A stretch of 64,000 nucleotides of DNA, from the IMG/VR virus record IMGVR_UViG_3300032282_004772. One strand, 5' to 3'. The notes under the pieces are model-generated. The model was not told the DNA's origin and did no database searches. It was given only the letters and a program-made list of their open reading frames with translations. Positions 31,901 to 41,700 of the stretch are shown one piece after another. The position numbers and the translations under genes were made by a program. The stretch is from a virus. Every line of letters starts with the position of its first letter. Position 1 is the stretch's first letter.

Positions 31901-33929
31901 TTCCTAAGAATTCTTGAGCGGGAAACGAAACAGTTGTACTTTCAGTAAATTTAATATTATAAGGAGGAAACCACATTATTCTACCTCCATTAGGTCCTCT
32001 CTCACATTCAGGTAAATCCAAATAAGTCAATCCGGGTCTGTTTGATGTTCTCCATGCTAAATTTTCAATAGAGAACATATATTTTTGTACTCTACCGTCT
32101 TTGATGTTAGTTGAACTTGTTGTAGATGTAGATTTTAATGGGGCAATATTTAAATTATATGTGTTATTTAATACCGAATAAGCAAATCTTCTGATATTTC
32201 CATCTTTTTTCTGTAAATCAGAATACGCCATATAAGGTACGTCTTTACTAAACACTCTACAATATTCTTTTCCAACTACAACTCCATTACCTTCATCTAC
32301 GTATGTTAGTACTTTAGAACCTTTAGTTATTTCTTTATACCCATCATTAAAAACCTTACTTAATTGGTTAATTGCGTTACCCACATGACTTAATCTTTTT
32401 CCTCCACCAGGGGTTGAATCAACTATTCTTTGTGTTTGGTCTAATATAGAACTTTGTTTAAACTCATATCCTTGAGTTAATTCTTCTTCTATTTTTGTTT
32501 TAACTAATTGGTTATATTTTGGGTCAGCGGAGCCTTGGTCTCCTCCTGCTGTCGCATAATACCCAGGGTTATTATATTTTGGTGATGTCCATACTAATCC
32601 TCCTGAAGTACCCCCATTATCACCTGTCCCATTTCCATTTAATCCAAATTTAAATTTTAAATTTTCCCCTTCAAAATCTTTTGCTAATTTATCAGGACCA
32701 TATACTGGCGATGGAGATTCTTGTCCAAAAGGATTTAAAGGTATTTCACCGGCAGGTGAATTTATTCTTGAAGCATTAAGTTGTTTACTTCCAACATAAT
32801 ATGCGGCCTTTGTCGGACTGTCTTGATTTGCAAAAAGACCTTTAACTTTATCAAAAACTTCGGCAACAAGACTTTTATCATAATCAGGAGCATATCGATT
32901 ATAACCTAAATTATAATATAATGCAGATTTTTGTCCCCCACCCGTATTATTTAAAAATAACTGAGATGGTGATTTTTGTGATAAAAATCTACCAAAAACT
33001 TTACCTAAGAATCCTCCTCTTGGGTCTTTTCCACCATTAAACGCTTTTGATATTTGTCCAAAAGAACTTAAATTTGCTTCATCGGTATTAAAGTAATCCC
33101 CTGGTATTACTGAACCAGGGTAATAAAATCCTCCTAATCTAGCAGCAAAATCAGCCGCCTCCAAAAGAATATTACTTGGTCTTGTAATAACCCAATCCCT
33201 TTCAATCAAAGGTCTTCTTCCTTGTAATAATGAAATTGCTTCTAATGGGTCTCCTATTGCGTTGGCTAAATTAACTCTACCTATAGTATTCCTAATTAAT
33301 TCTTGTGCAATTCTTTCTCTAAACTCTTGTTTTAGTGTTTTAGCACCTAATTGAGCAATGAATGAATCTTGAGATAACGAACCGTCACTTCCGACAGGGT
33401 CGTCTTGCATTAATATTTGGTATGGTGAATATGAACTAGGAACAAAATTAACAGGACCCGGATTTGCATAAAACGAATATAACGGAGCTAACTGTAAATT
33501 TCCAACCGATTCTATTTGTATTTCATTATAGGAATATCTATTTAATGCCGGTAAGTTTTTTTCTGCCGTAACCTGAGAAAATGGTGGCCAACTTGCCCCA
33601 TCATAACTCTGTTGTGGTAATGACGCATCCATTACCGTATACTCACCTAAATTAGATTGTATATTTGCTAATCCACCCGCATTAATATTTTTATTATATC
33701 CCCCATCAGGCCCATATGCGTTTAAAGGATATAATCGGTCAGCAAATGGGTCATCGGAAATTAAATTATCAGGTGAATTATATACTCCTTCATCTCTAAG
33801 AACAACTTCATATGTTATATTTCCTGGTGGCGGAGTATAAACACCCGGCACCGTATATGGTGACAGGTTTCTTGCTATAAGCTTTTTCCTGAAATGTTCT
33901 GTAGAAGGAAATGTTAAACTACTTGGCAT
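28977..33929 (-). CDS. Large baseplate/tail-tube initiator (gp48/gp54-like) protein with inserted OmpA-C-like domain
   Basis: FPPYNIKFTES...FLGRPEPIYTYKSTSRSGSLSW and APPVLVLRIGDFY...PMIANITLNFNFVG are tube-initiator-like. Between them lies FYFDND...IVLDGSSS.....YNLNLSKRRISSV...CR. Position between the tape measure and gp53 genes. Confidence 0.65.
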   Translation of the reverse strand: MPSSLTFPSTEHFRKKLIARNLSPYTVPGVYTPPPGNITYEVVLRDEGVYNSPDNLISDDPFADRLYPLNAYGPDGGYNKNINAGGLANIQSNLGEYTVMDASLPQQSYDGASWPPFSQVTAEKNLPALNRYSYNEIQIESVGNLQLAPLYSFYANPGPVNFVPSSYSPYQILMQDDPVGSDGSLSQDSFIAQLGAKTLKQEFRERIAQELIRNTIGRVNLANAIGDPLEAISLLQGRRPLIERDWVITRPSNILLEAADFAARLGGFYYPGSVIPGDYFNTDEANLSSFGQISKAFNGGKDPRGGFLGKVFGRFLSQKSPSQLFLNNTGGGQKSALYYNLGYNRYAPDYDKSLVAEVFDKVKGLFANQDSPTKAAYYVGSKQLNASRINSPAGEIPLNPFGQESPSPVYGPDKLAKDFEGENLKFKFGLNGNGTGDNGGTSGGLVWTSPKYNNPGYYATAGGDQGSADPKYNQLVKTKIEEELTQGYEFKQSSILDQTQRIVDSTPGGGKRLSHVGNAINQLSKVFNDGYKEITKGSKVLTYVDEGNGVVVGKEYCRVFSKDVPYMAYSDLQKKDGNIRRFAYSVLNNTYNLNIAPLKSTSTTSSTNIKDGRVQKYMFSIENLAWRTSNRPGLTYLDLPECERGPNGGRIMWFPPYNIKFTESTTVSFPAQEFLGRPEPIYTYKSTSRSGSLSWSIIVDHPSILNIIVEKELKGKSNELINGVIDSFFAGCKKYDIYELAKKYNTIPVSELSALQQIISNPNVTAEDAKAVTNTVVQQTPQVKSSTDGNSKPDFQKWIGIGFYFDNDIPNPNTTQTTSNVNYVDTYNSYTSLSNISLYESKNSTNEEKDQVTTFFNNVVIDNFNQVTELLDSISSFFESNKTTDQLNTTGKIEIVLDGSSSGIGDANYNLNLSKRRISSVQNFIANWQSGKLNPYLKSGQLSIKDGIATGEFTTVTPKLKGGGTLGPFSCPDPTPNLTDDKKIYSVNAMACRKSGISSINASIDPSAQVTPNNNTSNQNGNGAAPGYESAVPLTPTISTTQKIKDGISKKILRSLLTECNYFEMIEEENPMFYDTIKQKIKYFSPAFHAITPEGLNSRLTFLQQCTRPGDTIPIIGTDGKPKYTGAVNTSFGAPPVLVLRIGDFYNTKIIPTQLQIAYDPVTFDMNPEGIGVQPMIANITLNFNFVGGSGLKEPIDKLQNALSFNYYANTEIYDERADWTDDSFKKFDDEILKGIVDNTPVVGVNNVVNQTENDGGTTIGSIESKVDSDTGSTGNITYQKIMDEFLSSGQAYFDIIPNKAEQITKDYNFQIWSAYMQNRNFVDGNIYLNTTPNAIKIVGRPSDSQREIKKLVNKIINDINSPSSIGGSGFQYIQNLYDSRFDNSVIGKVKANLRNAVQEAENGILTALTSVDNEITSIQTDLVIKMRKIDIVTDSHDGFIKTDQKVVVYDILPTNEVQAGSTATDTLVELTDDYSAATSNILTYYNTLANAQIIDMKYDPSNLTQYSDKSGLTGPSCCGQANIRFYAIMCKILLNDDLYNNFINKLIPKDIADKTSSGLNLLDYTKDWFNNFKVAVKEEYDEEQKIIKTFMENNQFKTWTPYNKGKVRKFTFTTQQNPSNTVVNLFKDLYKDGNSIPNRKTFNGKNKLN

Positions 33930-33964
33930 ATCTTATTTCTAATAAATAGATATTTTTTTATTTT

Positions 33965-36190
33965 TTATCTAAAGATTATTGGATTTTTAGGTGTTAACGG
34001 AGAACCAACAATGTTTTGCATTTGACTTGTTTGTGTTTCAACTATGTTTGTTATTTTACTTCCAATATCAGAACTACTTAACGCCCTCATCAAACTTTCT
34101 TTAAATTCTGTAGGTGTTACATTAATGTCAATCGACCCTTGGACATTTACAACATTTGATTGTGGTGTAGTAGTTGTTTGAGTGTTAGCCTGATTTTGTA
34201 CAAAATTAGGTATATTTTGAATATTAGTATTTTGAGGTTGTGGTGATGGTATAACAGTAGGAGTATTATTAACCATATTTGGTACAGATGCGGTCACTAT
34301 ATTTGGATTCGCAGGAGTGACAAAATTTGGTACTGTAGCATTAACTATATTTGGTACTGTTGCGTTAACAAAATTTGGTACTGTTGCATTAACCACATTT
34401 GGCGTTGATACCTGAACTACATTTGGTACGTTATTAACATTTGGTGTGTTATTAACATTTGGTGTATTATTACCTTGGCCTGATACTAATTTATCTATTT
34501 TTAATCCAAAACTACCAATTGCGCTATTAAGTTTTTCAATTACTTTATTAACTTCATCAATATCAAAAGGAGAGCCTATTGCTTCAGCTCTTTGTCCTAC
34601 TCTTTCAGGAATATTTTGTACATTAGTAATTAAAGTATCTTTTATTGTGGTTGCGATTTCGGTTAATTTTGTCAAAGCTTTTACATCTTCCCCTTTCATT
34701 AAGTATCCAACCATTTCTGACATTTGTGAACTAACTTTTGTAAAAGTATCATTCAAGGTCTTTGGGGTTAAAAATCCTTCTTTATCCCCTTGGTCTAGTT
34801 TTCTATCGACACCCATTGTTGCCGCCAAAGCTTCGACCGCAACACTCATGGTCTTTGCCGCCTTTTCTATCGCACTTGGTCCTCCCCCTTCACCAGGTGC
34901 CATAGCCGCTCTTGCCGCAGCTCTTGGTACTACACCTTGTAAAGCCTTCATATCGTCTTGGATATTTTTAAGATATCCATTTGCCTGTCTTTGTAAATCA
35001 ACTGCGCTGGCAGCGGGTTTATTCGCCTCCTTTAATTGATTCATATTTTCTTTACGGAGTTCAGAAACTTCTTTTGTCACAGTAACCATTTGACCTGTTT
35101 GTCGGTCTAATTCATCATAAGTAACAACGTATTTACCTTCAAACTTAGTACCTTTTTCTCCCAACTGAGCCATTCCAGCAATCATCTTTCTGTCTTCATC
35201 ATTCGCAAAATCAGAAGGGAATGAAATTTCTTTCATTTTTCTATCAAAATCCGCCGCAGATGTTCCCCATTTAGTTAAAGTTTCAAGAGGAATGTTTAAC
35301 TCCTTGGCCAATTCTCTTATTCGACCCTGTTCACCTGGCAATATTCTCATACTTTGAGTTTTTTCATCAAAGTATGTCATCGTTTTTAATGCCTCTCCAA
35401 CAGATTCTTGCAATTTTTCTGGGTCGTTACGAGCCATATCCATCAATTTATATGGGTCTAATAACGAATTAACTTGTACTCCTAACCTTTGGAAAGATGC
35501 CGACATCTCCATTGCCTTTGCCGGGTCAAATAAAGTATCCGCCAATCCAAGAGTAGTCTTCATGTCAATTCTAAGTAAAGCCGCGTTGGCTGCCATCTTA
35601 GCCATTCCTTGTACTCCACCTTCAAAATTGTAGTTGTTTAGTTTGGACATACTTTCCCCTATTTGGGAATAAACCGCACTTGTAGTAACACCTAAAGCTC
35701 TTGCTTGATTAATAATATCGGTCATTTCATGTCCGATATTGTATATACCATATCCAGCATCAGTGAAATTTTTAGTCATAGTTGCAGTTGCAGTTCCAAT
35801 ATCTGTAACTCCATCACTAACTAAACTAGCCGAAGCATATAAATCTTTATAAGATTCCGAATTTAAAATTGTTTGTGTTTTTAAAGATGAGATAATACCC
35901 ATCTGAATTTTACCAACATCTTGTATTGTACCACCCAAAGCAACCACTGAAGGTGTTGCCTCAGTTATGGTTGTTCTAATTGCGTTTGCAAATCCTTGGG
36001 TTCCTCCAAATGCCCTTGCGACAGCATTTACTTGAGTCTCCAAGTCTTTTAATGCACTCTCAAAATTTTTAACTGTCAACGCATTGGTTTCTCCAATCGC
36101 TTTAAATTCTGCATTTAAATCACTTAAGCTAGGAGCTGGGGACCTAGGTACATTAGACTCTCCACTAGATGGATTTGGGTTTTGTAACAT
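33965..36190 (-). CDS. Tape measure protein
   Basis: 741-aa helical Ala/Gln/Met-rich protein directly after the tail chaperone genes and before the baseplate initiator. Confidence 0.65.
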   Translation of the reverse strand: MLQNPNPSSGESNVPRSPAPSLSDLNAEFKAIGETNALTVKNFESALKDLETQVNAVARAFGGTQGFANAIRTTITEATPSVVALGGTIQDVGKIQMGIISSLKTQTILNSESYKDLYASASLVSDGVTDIGTATATMTKNFTDAGYGIYNIGHEMTDIINQARALGVTTSAVYSQIGESMSKLNNYNFEGGVQGMAKMAANAALLRIDMKTTLGLADTLFDPAKAMEMSASFQRLGVQVNSLLDPYKLMDMARNDPEKLQESVGEALKTMTYFDEKTQSMRILPGEQGRIRELAKELNIPLETLTKWGTSAADFDRKMKEISFPSDFANDEDRKMIAGMAQLGEKGTKFEGKYVVTYDELDRQTGQMVTVTKEVSELRKENMNQLKEANKPAASAVDLQRQANGYLKNIQDDMKALQGVVPRAAARAAMAPGEGGGPSAIEKAAKTMSVAVEALAATMGVDRKLDQGDKEGFLTPKTLNDTFTKVSSQMSEMVGYLMKGEDVKALTKLTEIATTIKDTLITNVQNIPERVGQRAEAIGSPFDIDEVNKVIEKLNSAIGSFGLKIDKLVSGQGNNTPNVNNTPNVNNVPNVVQVSTPNVVNATVPNFVNATVPNIVNATVPNFVTPANPNIVTASVPNMVNNTPTVIPSPQPQNTNIQNIPNFVQNQANTQTTTTPQSNVVNVQGSIDINVTPTEFKESLMRALSSSDIGSKITNIVETQTSQMQNIVGSPLTPKNPIIFR
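34250..34470 (-). repeat. Coding tandem repeats (NTPNVN / NATVPN[FI]V) in the tape measure C-terminus
   Basis: Several imperfect 18-24-nt units such as TTTGGTACTGTTGC(A/G)TTAAC on the + strand. Confidence 0.75.
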
Positions 36191-36223
36191 TTTTTTTAAA
36201 ACATTTAATTATAAATAGTTATT

Positions 36224-36349
36224 CTAACCATTTTTTGGAGATAGTTCTTTAACTAATTGGTCTATAATATACTTTCTAAGATAAACCGGCATAATAAAAA
36301 AGTCCGTATAAGACACGTTTAGGTGTCTTGTACAGACATAATATTCCAT
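36224..36349 (-). CDS. Small tail-assembly chaperone partner (T4 gp51 / lambda T-like), probably reached by frameshift from the upstream gene
   Basis: Below the track cutoff. MEYYVCTRHLNVSYTDFFIMPVYLRKYIIDQLVKELSPKNG resembles the gp51 'H..S..e...M.p..R..Y' pattern. The frame is open back to ~36390. Confidence 0.65.
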   Translation of the reverse strand: MEYYVCTRHLNVSYTDFFIMPVYLRKYIIDQLVKELSPKNG

Positions 36350-36368
36350 AGATTGTGTTTCTCGATAA

Positions 36369-37127
36369 TCAGAAGAAAGGCCGAAAAAACTCTACCCCAA
36401 AGACTATATCAACATATGTCTCTTTTCCTGATGGGGTGATTACTTTTTTTCTCAAATTGAGTCTTGGTTCATTTTCTTCAATAAATGTTCTAATATATTT
36501 TGCATCAGAGATTGGTAGTGCATCAATGTTCTGAGCGATAAATCCTCTATCTGCATTACCCTCAATTTCAACAACCATTTTGTTCAACTTCCATGTTTGT
36601 TTTGGAGCAATTCTACCTTGTGGATATCCTTCAGCCATTTTATCCAATTCATTTAATTCACCAAATGATAAAGGTTTGATTTTAACTGTTAATCCTGATT
36701 TTGGAAGTTTTGCCGTAAAAGTACCGTCTTCACTTGGTTTTTCTTTTGTTTCTTTAAAGAATAGTTCATCTAAAACTATAGTTGTTTGTATTTGTTTTGA
36801 CGGATTGTCTGGGTCTACAATATTAACAGTATATTCAGGACCAAAAGCGGTATTTCTCAAAAATATTAGAATTGATTCAATATCCCCCTGTAATAATTCG
36901 TCAGGTTTAATATCGGGTTCATAAATTTTATTTCTTAGTAATGTCATTACTAATCCGTCTTTACCAATATTTTCTCCCGCCATTAATATATTTTCATCAG
37001 CGGCAGTAAGATATCCAACTTTAATAGATTTCTTTTTTGATTTATAAAAAACCCCACCTGTTGGTAGTTTTACCACATCATGTGGTAATGTGAAATTTTG
37101 TTGACCGTATTGTTGTGATGTATCCAT
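36369..37127 (-). CDS. Tail/baseplate-hub assembly chaperone (T4 gp26-like)
   Basis: VKLPTGGVFY...VGYLTAADENIL...DLLQGD-like ESILIFLR...FG.EY; ends in FF. Lies between the tube and tape measure genes. Confidence 0.75.
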   Translation of the reverse strand: MDTSQQYGQQNFTLPHDVVKLPTGGVFYKSKKKSIKVGYLTAADENILMAGENIGKDGLVMTLLRNKIYEPDIKPDELLQGDIESILIFLRNTAFGPEYTVNIVDPDNPSKQIQTTIVLDELFFKETKEKPSEDGTFTAKLPKSGLTVKIKPLSFGELNELDKMAEGYPQGRIAPKQTWKLNKMVVEIEGNADRGFIAQNIDALPISDAKYIRTFIEENEPRLNLRKKVITPSGKETYVDIVFGVEFFRPFF

Positions 37128-37141
37128 TTTTTTAAAAAAAA

Positions 37142-37177
37142 TTAACCGTAGAGAGTTTATAGTGTCCCTACGGTTAA
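37142..37177 (-). terminator. Hairpin plus T-tract between the tube and chaperone genes
   Basis: TTAACCGTAG...CTACGGTTAA 10-bp inverted repeat (extendable with a G-U pair) followed by T8 on the minus strand. Confidence 0.65.
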
Positions 37178-37222
37178 ATATAAAATAAACTTAATATTTT
37201 TAAATGATATTTTTGAAATAAA

Positions 37223-37711
37223 TTAGTATACTAATATACATCTATCCATTCTTAAAGATGCACTAATCATAACTAACCCTTCTTGTGAATATCCTAAATC
37301 CCCAAAACTTACGTCAGTTAAGAAAGTACCTTGTAATATCCATTTTTCAACAACAACTCCAGTTGGGTCTAACATTTCCAAATCAACGTCTTTCTTATAT
37401 CCCGCAGCGTAACCCATACGTCCTGTTACTGATTCAGCGTGTAAACGAACCCATTCCATAAGAGCTTGTGCTGCTGAAGGTCCAATTGGGTCACGGAACT
37501 TAACGTTAATTGGGTCCCAATTAAATCTACCTGCAACATATGTTGAAGTATTTAAAAATTGTATTTCGGTAGCCCCGATTTTAATATGTGGTCTAGATGT
37601 TGATTCTACAAACCATTCGTTTATACCCAAAGTTGAAGGAAATCTAAGAATAAATCGATTCTGTCGTTTCGGTTCATAGGGTAAGGGCATTTTCATCAAT
37701 AAATCAGCCAT
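37223..37711 (-). CDS. Tail tube protein (T4 gp19-like)
   Basis: EPKRQNRF, YVAGRFNWDPI, AGYKKD..LEMLDPTGVVVEKWILQGTF are gp19-family features. Downstream of the sheath gene. Confidence 0.9.
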   Translation of the reverse strand: MADLLMKMPLPYEPKRQNRFILRFPSTLGINEWFVESTSRPHIKIGATEIQFLNTSTYVAGRFNWDPINVKFRDPIGPSAAQALMEWVRLHAESVTGRMGYAAGYKKDVDLEMLDPTGVVVEKWILQGTFLTDVSFGDLGYSQEGLVMISASLRMDRCILVY

Positions 37712-37847
37712 GGTATCTTATTTTTTTAATTTCTTTTTTTGTTTATTACTTATAAATAGTATCAAGTTCAAAATTTTTCTATTTACTTTATTTTTTATTT
37801 AGATAAATTAGTACTAGAACTAGTTTTATAACTAGTTATTAAATATT

Positions 37848-38711
37848 TTATTTTATTCTTATTTTTTTACCTCCATGAGTAGAATAAATATTAACTGGAA
37901 TTTCGTTATTATCTTCTTCTCCTCCAATATGTTTTTTCATAACTTCTACATTTTTGGGGTCATCATCTGAAAATCCAATAGTTGGTTTAGGTAATTTAAA
38001 ATCTAATGGTGATTTTCCCGTCATTTTAACGATGAATTCCGCACCTTTTTTTCCGATTTCTTGTGCCAATTCTAAAATATAACTTCTATATTCTTTCATA
38101 CTTTTAACCTTAGCATCTTCAGGATTTTTTGCCCCCTCTTCATTCATATATGAAACAGGATAAAATTTACACAAATCTAAGTATCCCTTTATTAAAGTTA
38201 TTTTGTTGGTTCTTTCATTGTCCATTTCACCAACAAATTTTCTATATTTAATTAAATTTTTAACTAACTCATCACTAGAAAGTCCATTCCACCCTGAAAT
38301 AATGTAATTATAAACTGCTTCTTTCATAACATTAGGGTTATGACCTCTTGCGGTTATTATTGCAAAAACAGAACCACCATTAATACATTCCATAAAATCT
38401 TCCCAAGCAGGACCTGGTTTTGCCATCATACAATCTATAATAAATTGTTTGTCTCCTTTTACTGAGAAGTTTTTAAATGGGTCTTCTCCAAATCCTACAA
38501 CAGTATTACCATTATATTCAAAATTTTTTTTACCAATCATACTTCTGTAGTTGGCAAAATCGTCCGTTGACATTAATATTTCTCCACCATTATCATCCTT
38601 TAAGATGATTTTAGTTGGCATTTGAACAATATTGTCATCCCAATCAAACGCATAGTACTTCATATCTGGAGTACCATACTCTGTCATTCCTTCTATTATT
38701 TGTTTTTTCAT
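37848..38711 (-). CDS. HAD-superfamily hydrolase-like protein
   Basis: Motif I FDWDDNI, motif II IITARG, Lys in EDAKVK, motif IV GFSDDD..N. Confidence 0.7.
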   Translation of the reverse strand: MKKQIIEGMTEYGTPDMKYYAFDWDDNIVQMPTKIILKDDNGGEILMSTDDFANYRSMIGKKNFEYNGNTVVGFGEDPFKNFSVKGDKQFIIDCMMAKPGPAWEDFMECINGGSVFAIITARGHNPNVMKEAVYNYIISGWNGLSSDELVKNLIKYRKFVGEMDNERTNKITLIKGYLDLCKFYPVSYMNEEGAKNPEDAKVKSMKEYRSYILELAQEIGKKGAEFIVKMTGKSPLDFKLPKPTIGFSDDDPKNVEVMKKHIGGEEDNNEIPVNIYSTHGGKKIRIK

Positions 38712-38727
38712 ATATTATAAAGGCTAA

Positions 38728-38750
38728 AGGGGGTGAAACTCCCACCCCCT
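38728..38750 (-). terminator. GC-rich hairpin after the sheath gene
   Basis: AGGGGGTG-N7-CACCCCCT immediately after the sheath stop; only a short T-run, so probably leaky. Confidence 0.55.
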
Positions 38751-38756
38751 ATGTTA

Positions 38757-41700
38757 TTAAATGTTGTCAAATGACGCACCTGTTGGTGTGATTAAGAATT
38801 CTATATCAATAAACTCTAACGATTTTGTAGGTTTGATATAAATTTTACCAACAAGTTGGTTTCTATCCAAATCTTCAGGTGATGAAGAAACTGTTACACG
38901 GAAATCGTATAAACCTCTGTCTCTTCTGATAGCATCTAAGATTGGGTTAACTGCGTCTAAGAAATCTTGTCTTACCTTAGAATCGTTTTGTTCGAACAAC
39001 AATCTAACTGCGACTGCCGAAATCAACTTACGAGCTTGTAATAACAATCTTCTAACATTAATTCTGTCAAGTGCAGATTCTCTAATTTGTAGAGTTTTAT
39101 TACCCCAAATTACTGTACCAACATCTGAGAATGTTGCGATTGGGTTAATTCTACCAACATATAGAGTATCTCTATCTTCTTGTGTCAGCTTACGTCTTGC
39201 TTTAATTGAGTTAACAAGACCTCTTGTGTAACCCGCTGATGCGAACCAAGGGAACGCGATATTGTCAGTTAACGCCAAGTTTCTTGTTACCTCTGCAGTT
39301 GCCGGTATGTAAAGTTGTGTATTATTAACCGTATCTCTTGTTAATACCCAAGGATAATAAGTACAAGTATAGTTAGAGTCAATTCCTGTTTGTTCAAGAT
39401 TATCAACTGCTTCAGTAGGATAAATTAAATCTGTTGAATTAGTTGTTGAAGGAACAAACATATTGAAGTCAGGTGTAGTTGTGATATACAACGAGTCTGC
39501 TCTATCATACTCAATCATATTGATTGCTTGTTCAACAAGATTTCCTTGGTTAACATAATCAATACCTGGGGTAACGAATACGTTGATATTAACCGCTTCA
39601 GGATTTTGGAATGTTTTCTGACCAAGTAAATATGCGTAGTAATCAGTATTTCCCCAATCTTGGGTGTTATCACCTACAGTAATTCTTCTGAACATTCCCG
39701 CTCCAGTTGCGTTAGGATATCTATCTGAATAACAAGCTCCCGCTAAGTATCCTGAAGAACCAACTTGGTATCTATCTGAATATGTACGATATTCTCTGTA
39801 TACATCCCATCCATCAAATCCACCTTGTACTAACAATGTGAACTTACGTGCGTATAATCTGTAATAAGGGTTAGTCTCTAATGAAGGGTCACTTCTAAAT
39901 TCCGCATCACCAACAGCAAACGATGTTTTTCCTGAAGTAACATAACCTCCAGTGATTGTAACAACAGTTGCTCCTGAGTCCATATGGAATCCTTTAGTAA
40001 TGTATGGCCAATCTTGTAATACTAAATCACAAGTATTGTTTAGATTTTGTTTACCAACATATTGGAAGAAATCTAAATCATATCCAACACTACTTGAAAT
40101 ACCTAAGTATGTTCTTCTTACGTTATCTCCTGCACTAATTGCCGGATTGTCAGTTCCATTAATATATCCAAATGGAGGGTTAAAAATAACCTCACCTGGA
40201 TAGTCATACTTAGTTTTATAGATTGGGAATGGTGACTTAACTCCATCATACATTCTAAAGTTATATCCTTCAAATCCACAAGGTAACGCGTCTATCGGAG
40301 CGTCCTCATTCATTTCAACCATAACATATTTAGAATTCAATGCGTATTCTCCGTCTTGAGAACCTATTTTCTTCGCAATGAAGTTATTTTGACCTGGGTC
40401 CATAGAACAATTTGTAAATTTCTCAAGAACGACAGGTGCTGCATCTGTATCATAAAAATCACGAATCAATACATCAAATGTCTGATTACCGAATGACATA
40501 TTAGCCATTGAAATTTTTATTTGGTCGTTAGCGCTATTTCCATCCGCGATTGAGATGAACTTAAATAATCTGTAAACTTTAGTACCTCTAAGTTCAGACA
40601 CTAACCAAGGAGACGCCGGTGCTTGATATTGTTCAAGATAACATGCAATATTTGAAGGGTCATTACTTCTTGCCGCAGGTAATTGAATTAAATTAGGTCT
40701 TAATCCCTTGATAAATCCTTTCTTATAAGCCCAATCTAACATACTTTGGAATACTTCTTCAACATAAATTGGAACTTCCGTTCTTGGTTTTGCGAAATTA
40801 GTACCACCGAATACTTTTGGTAGATATGTCGCATCAGATAAACTTAACGATGTTTTAAACACACAAGTGTTACAAACACTTCCATTGTTTACATTTATTG
40901 CAAACTTAGCATATGGGTTTTTAGTTACCGCAGAATAAGTTCCTGTAAAATCAAGAGTTACACCGCTAAGGTCAGGAATTTCATAAGTAGGACCATCATG
41001 TGTTGAATCATATGTTGATAAACCTCTAGACCTTAAAGTTGCCACAACAAGATTATTATAATTTGAATAGGTAGTACCTGTATAATAATATAATACACCT
41101 ACAACAGAACCACTATAACACTGAGGTGTTGTAGTTGTGGTAGTTGATGTAGGAATAGTTGTAGTTGTAGTTGAACATGGGTCAGGTGTAGGAGTTGGTG
41201 TTGGTGTAGGACCTGGTGTTGGTGTAGGTGTTATTGGTGTTATATTTGTAAGACCTGAAACTGTAGTAAAGAATGAAAAACCTGAATAACTTTCACCACT
41301 GTAGTTATTAAATAATGCATAATACCAAGCATCATTATAAGGTGAAGTATAATCTGTTAAATCAGACGATACTGATGGTACGTTAAACACATTTGTAGAT
41401 GCTGTTAATCCTGTCATCATATCATAATCAACAGTAGGTATTGTACCAAAATAATTAATTGAGTATGGTTCTAACGCATTATCAGCGAATATGTCTAATA
41501 ATTGTAGATTAATGTCATCTCTTAAAGTTGATATTCCACCATTAAATTGTGTATAAGGTACATCTATTAATGCCGCAATCTCAGGAGGTAATGAAGTTGT
41601 GAACTCTATAGTACCCGCTTGATTAGTACAACCTGTAAAATCGAATGTGAATGCACTTGTGATTGCAGTACAACTAATATCACATGTGTTGTCAATATAA

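Noticed and set aside
34446-35039. 197-aa plus-strand ORF and other antisense or alternate-frame ORFs (e.g. 52190..52672, 36580..36924, 62514..62888, 26549..26890)
   Set aside because: They lie wholly within well-supported genes, have no motifs, and are explained by codon bias or repeat shadows.
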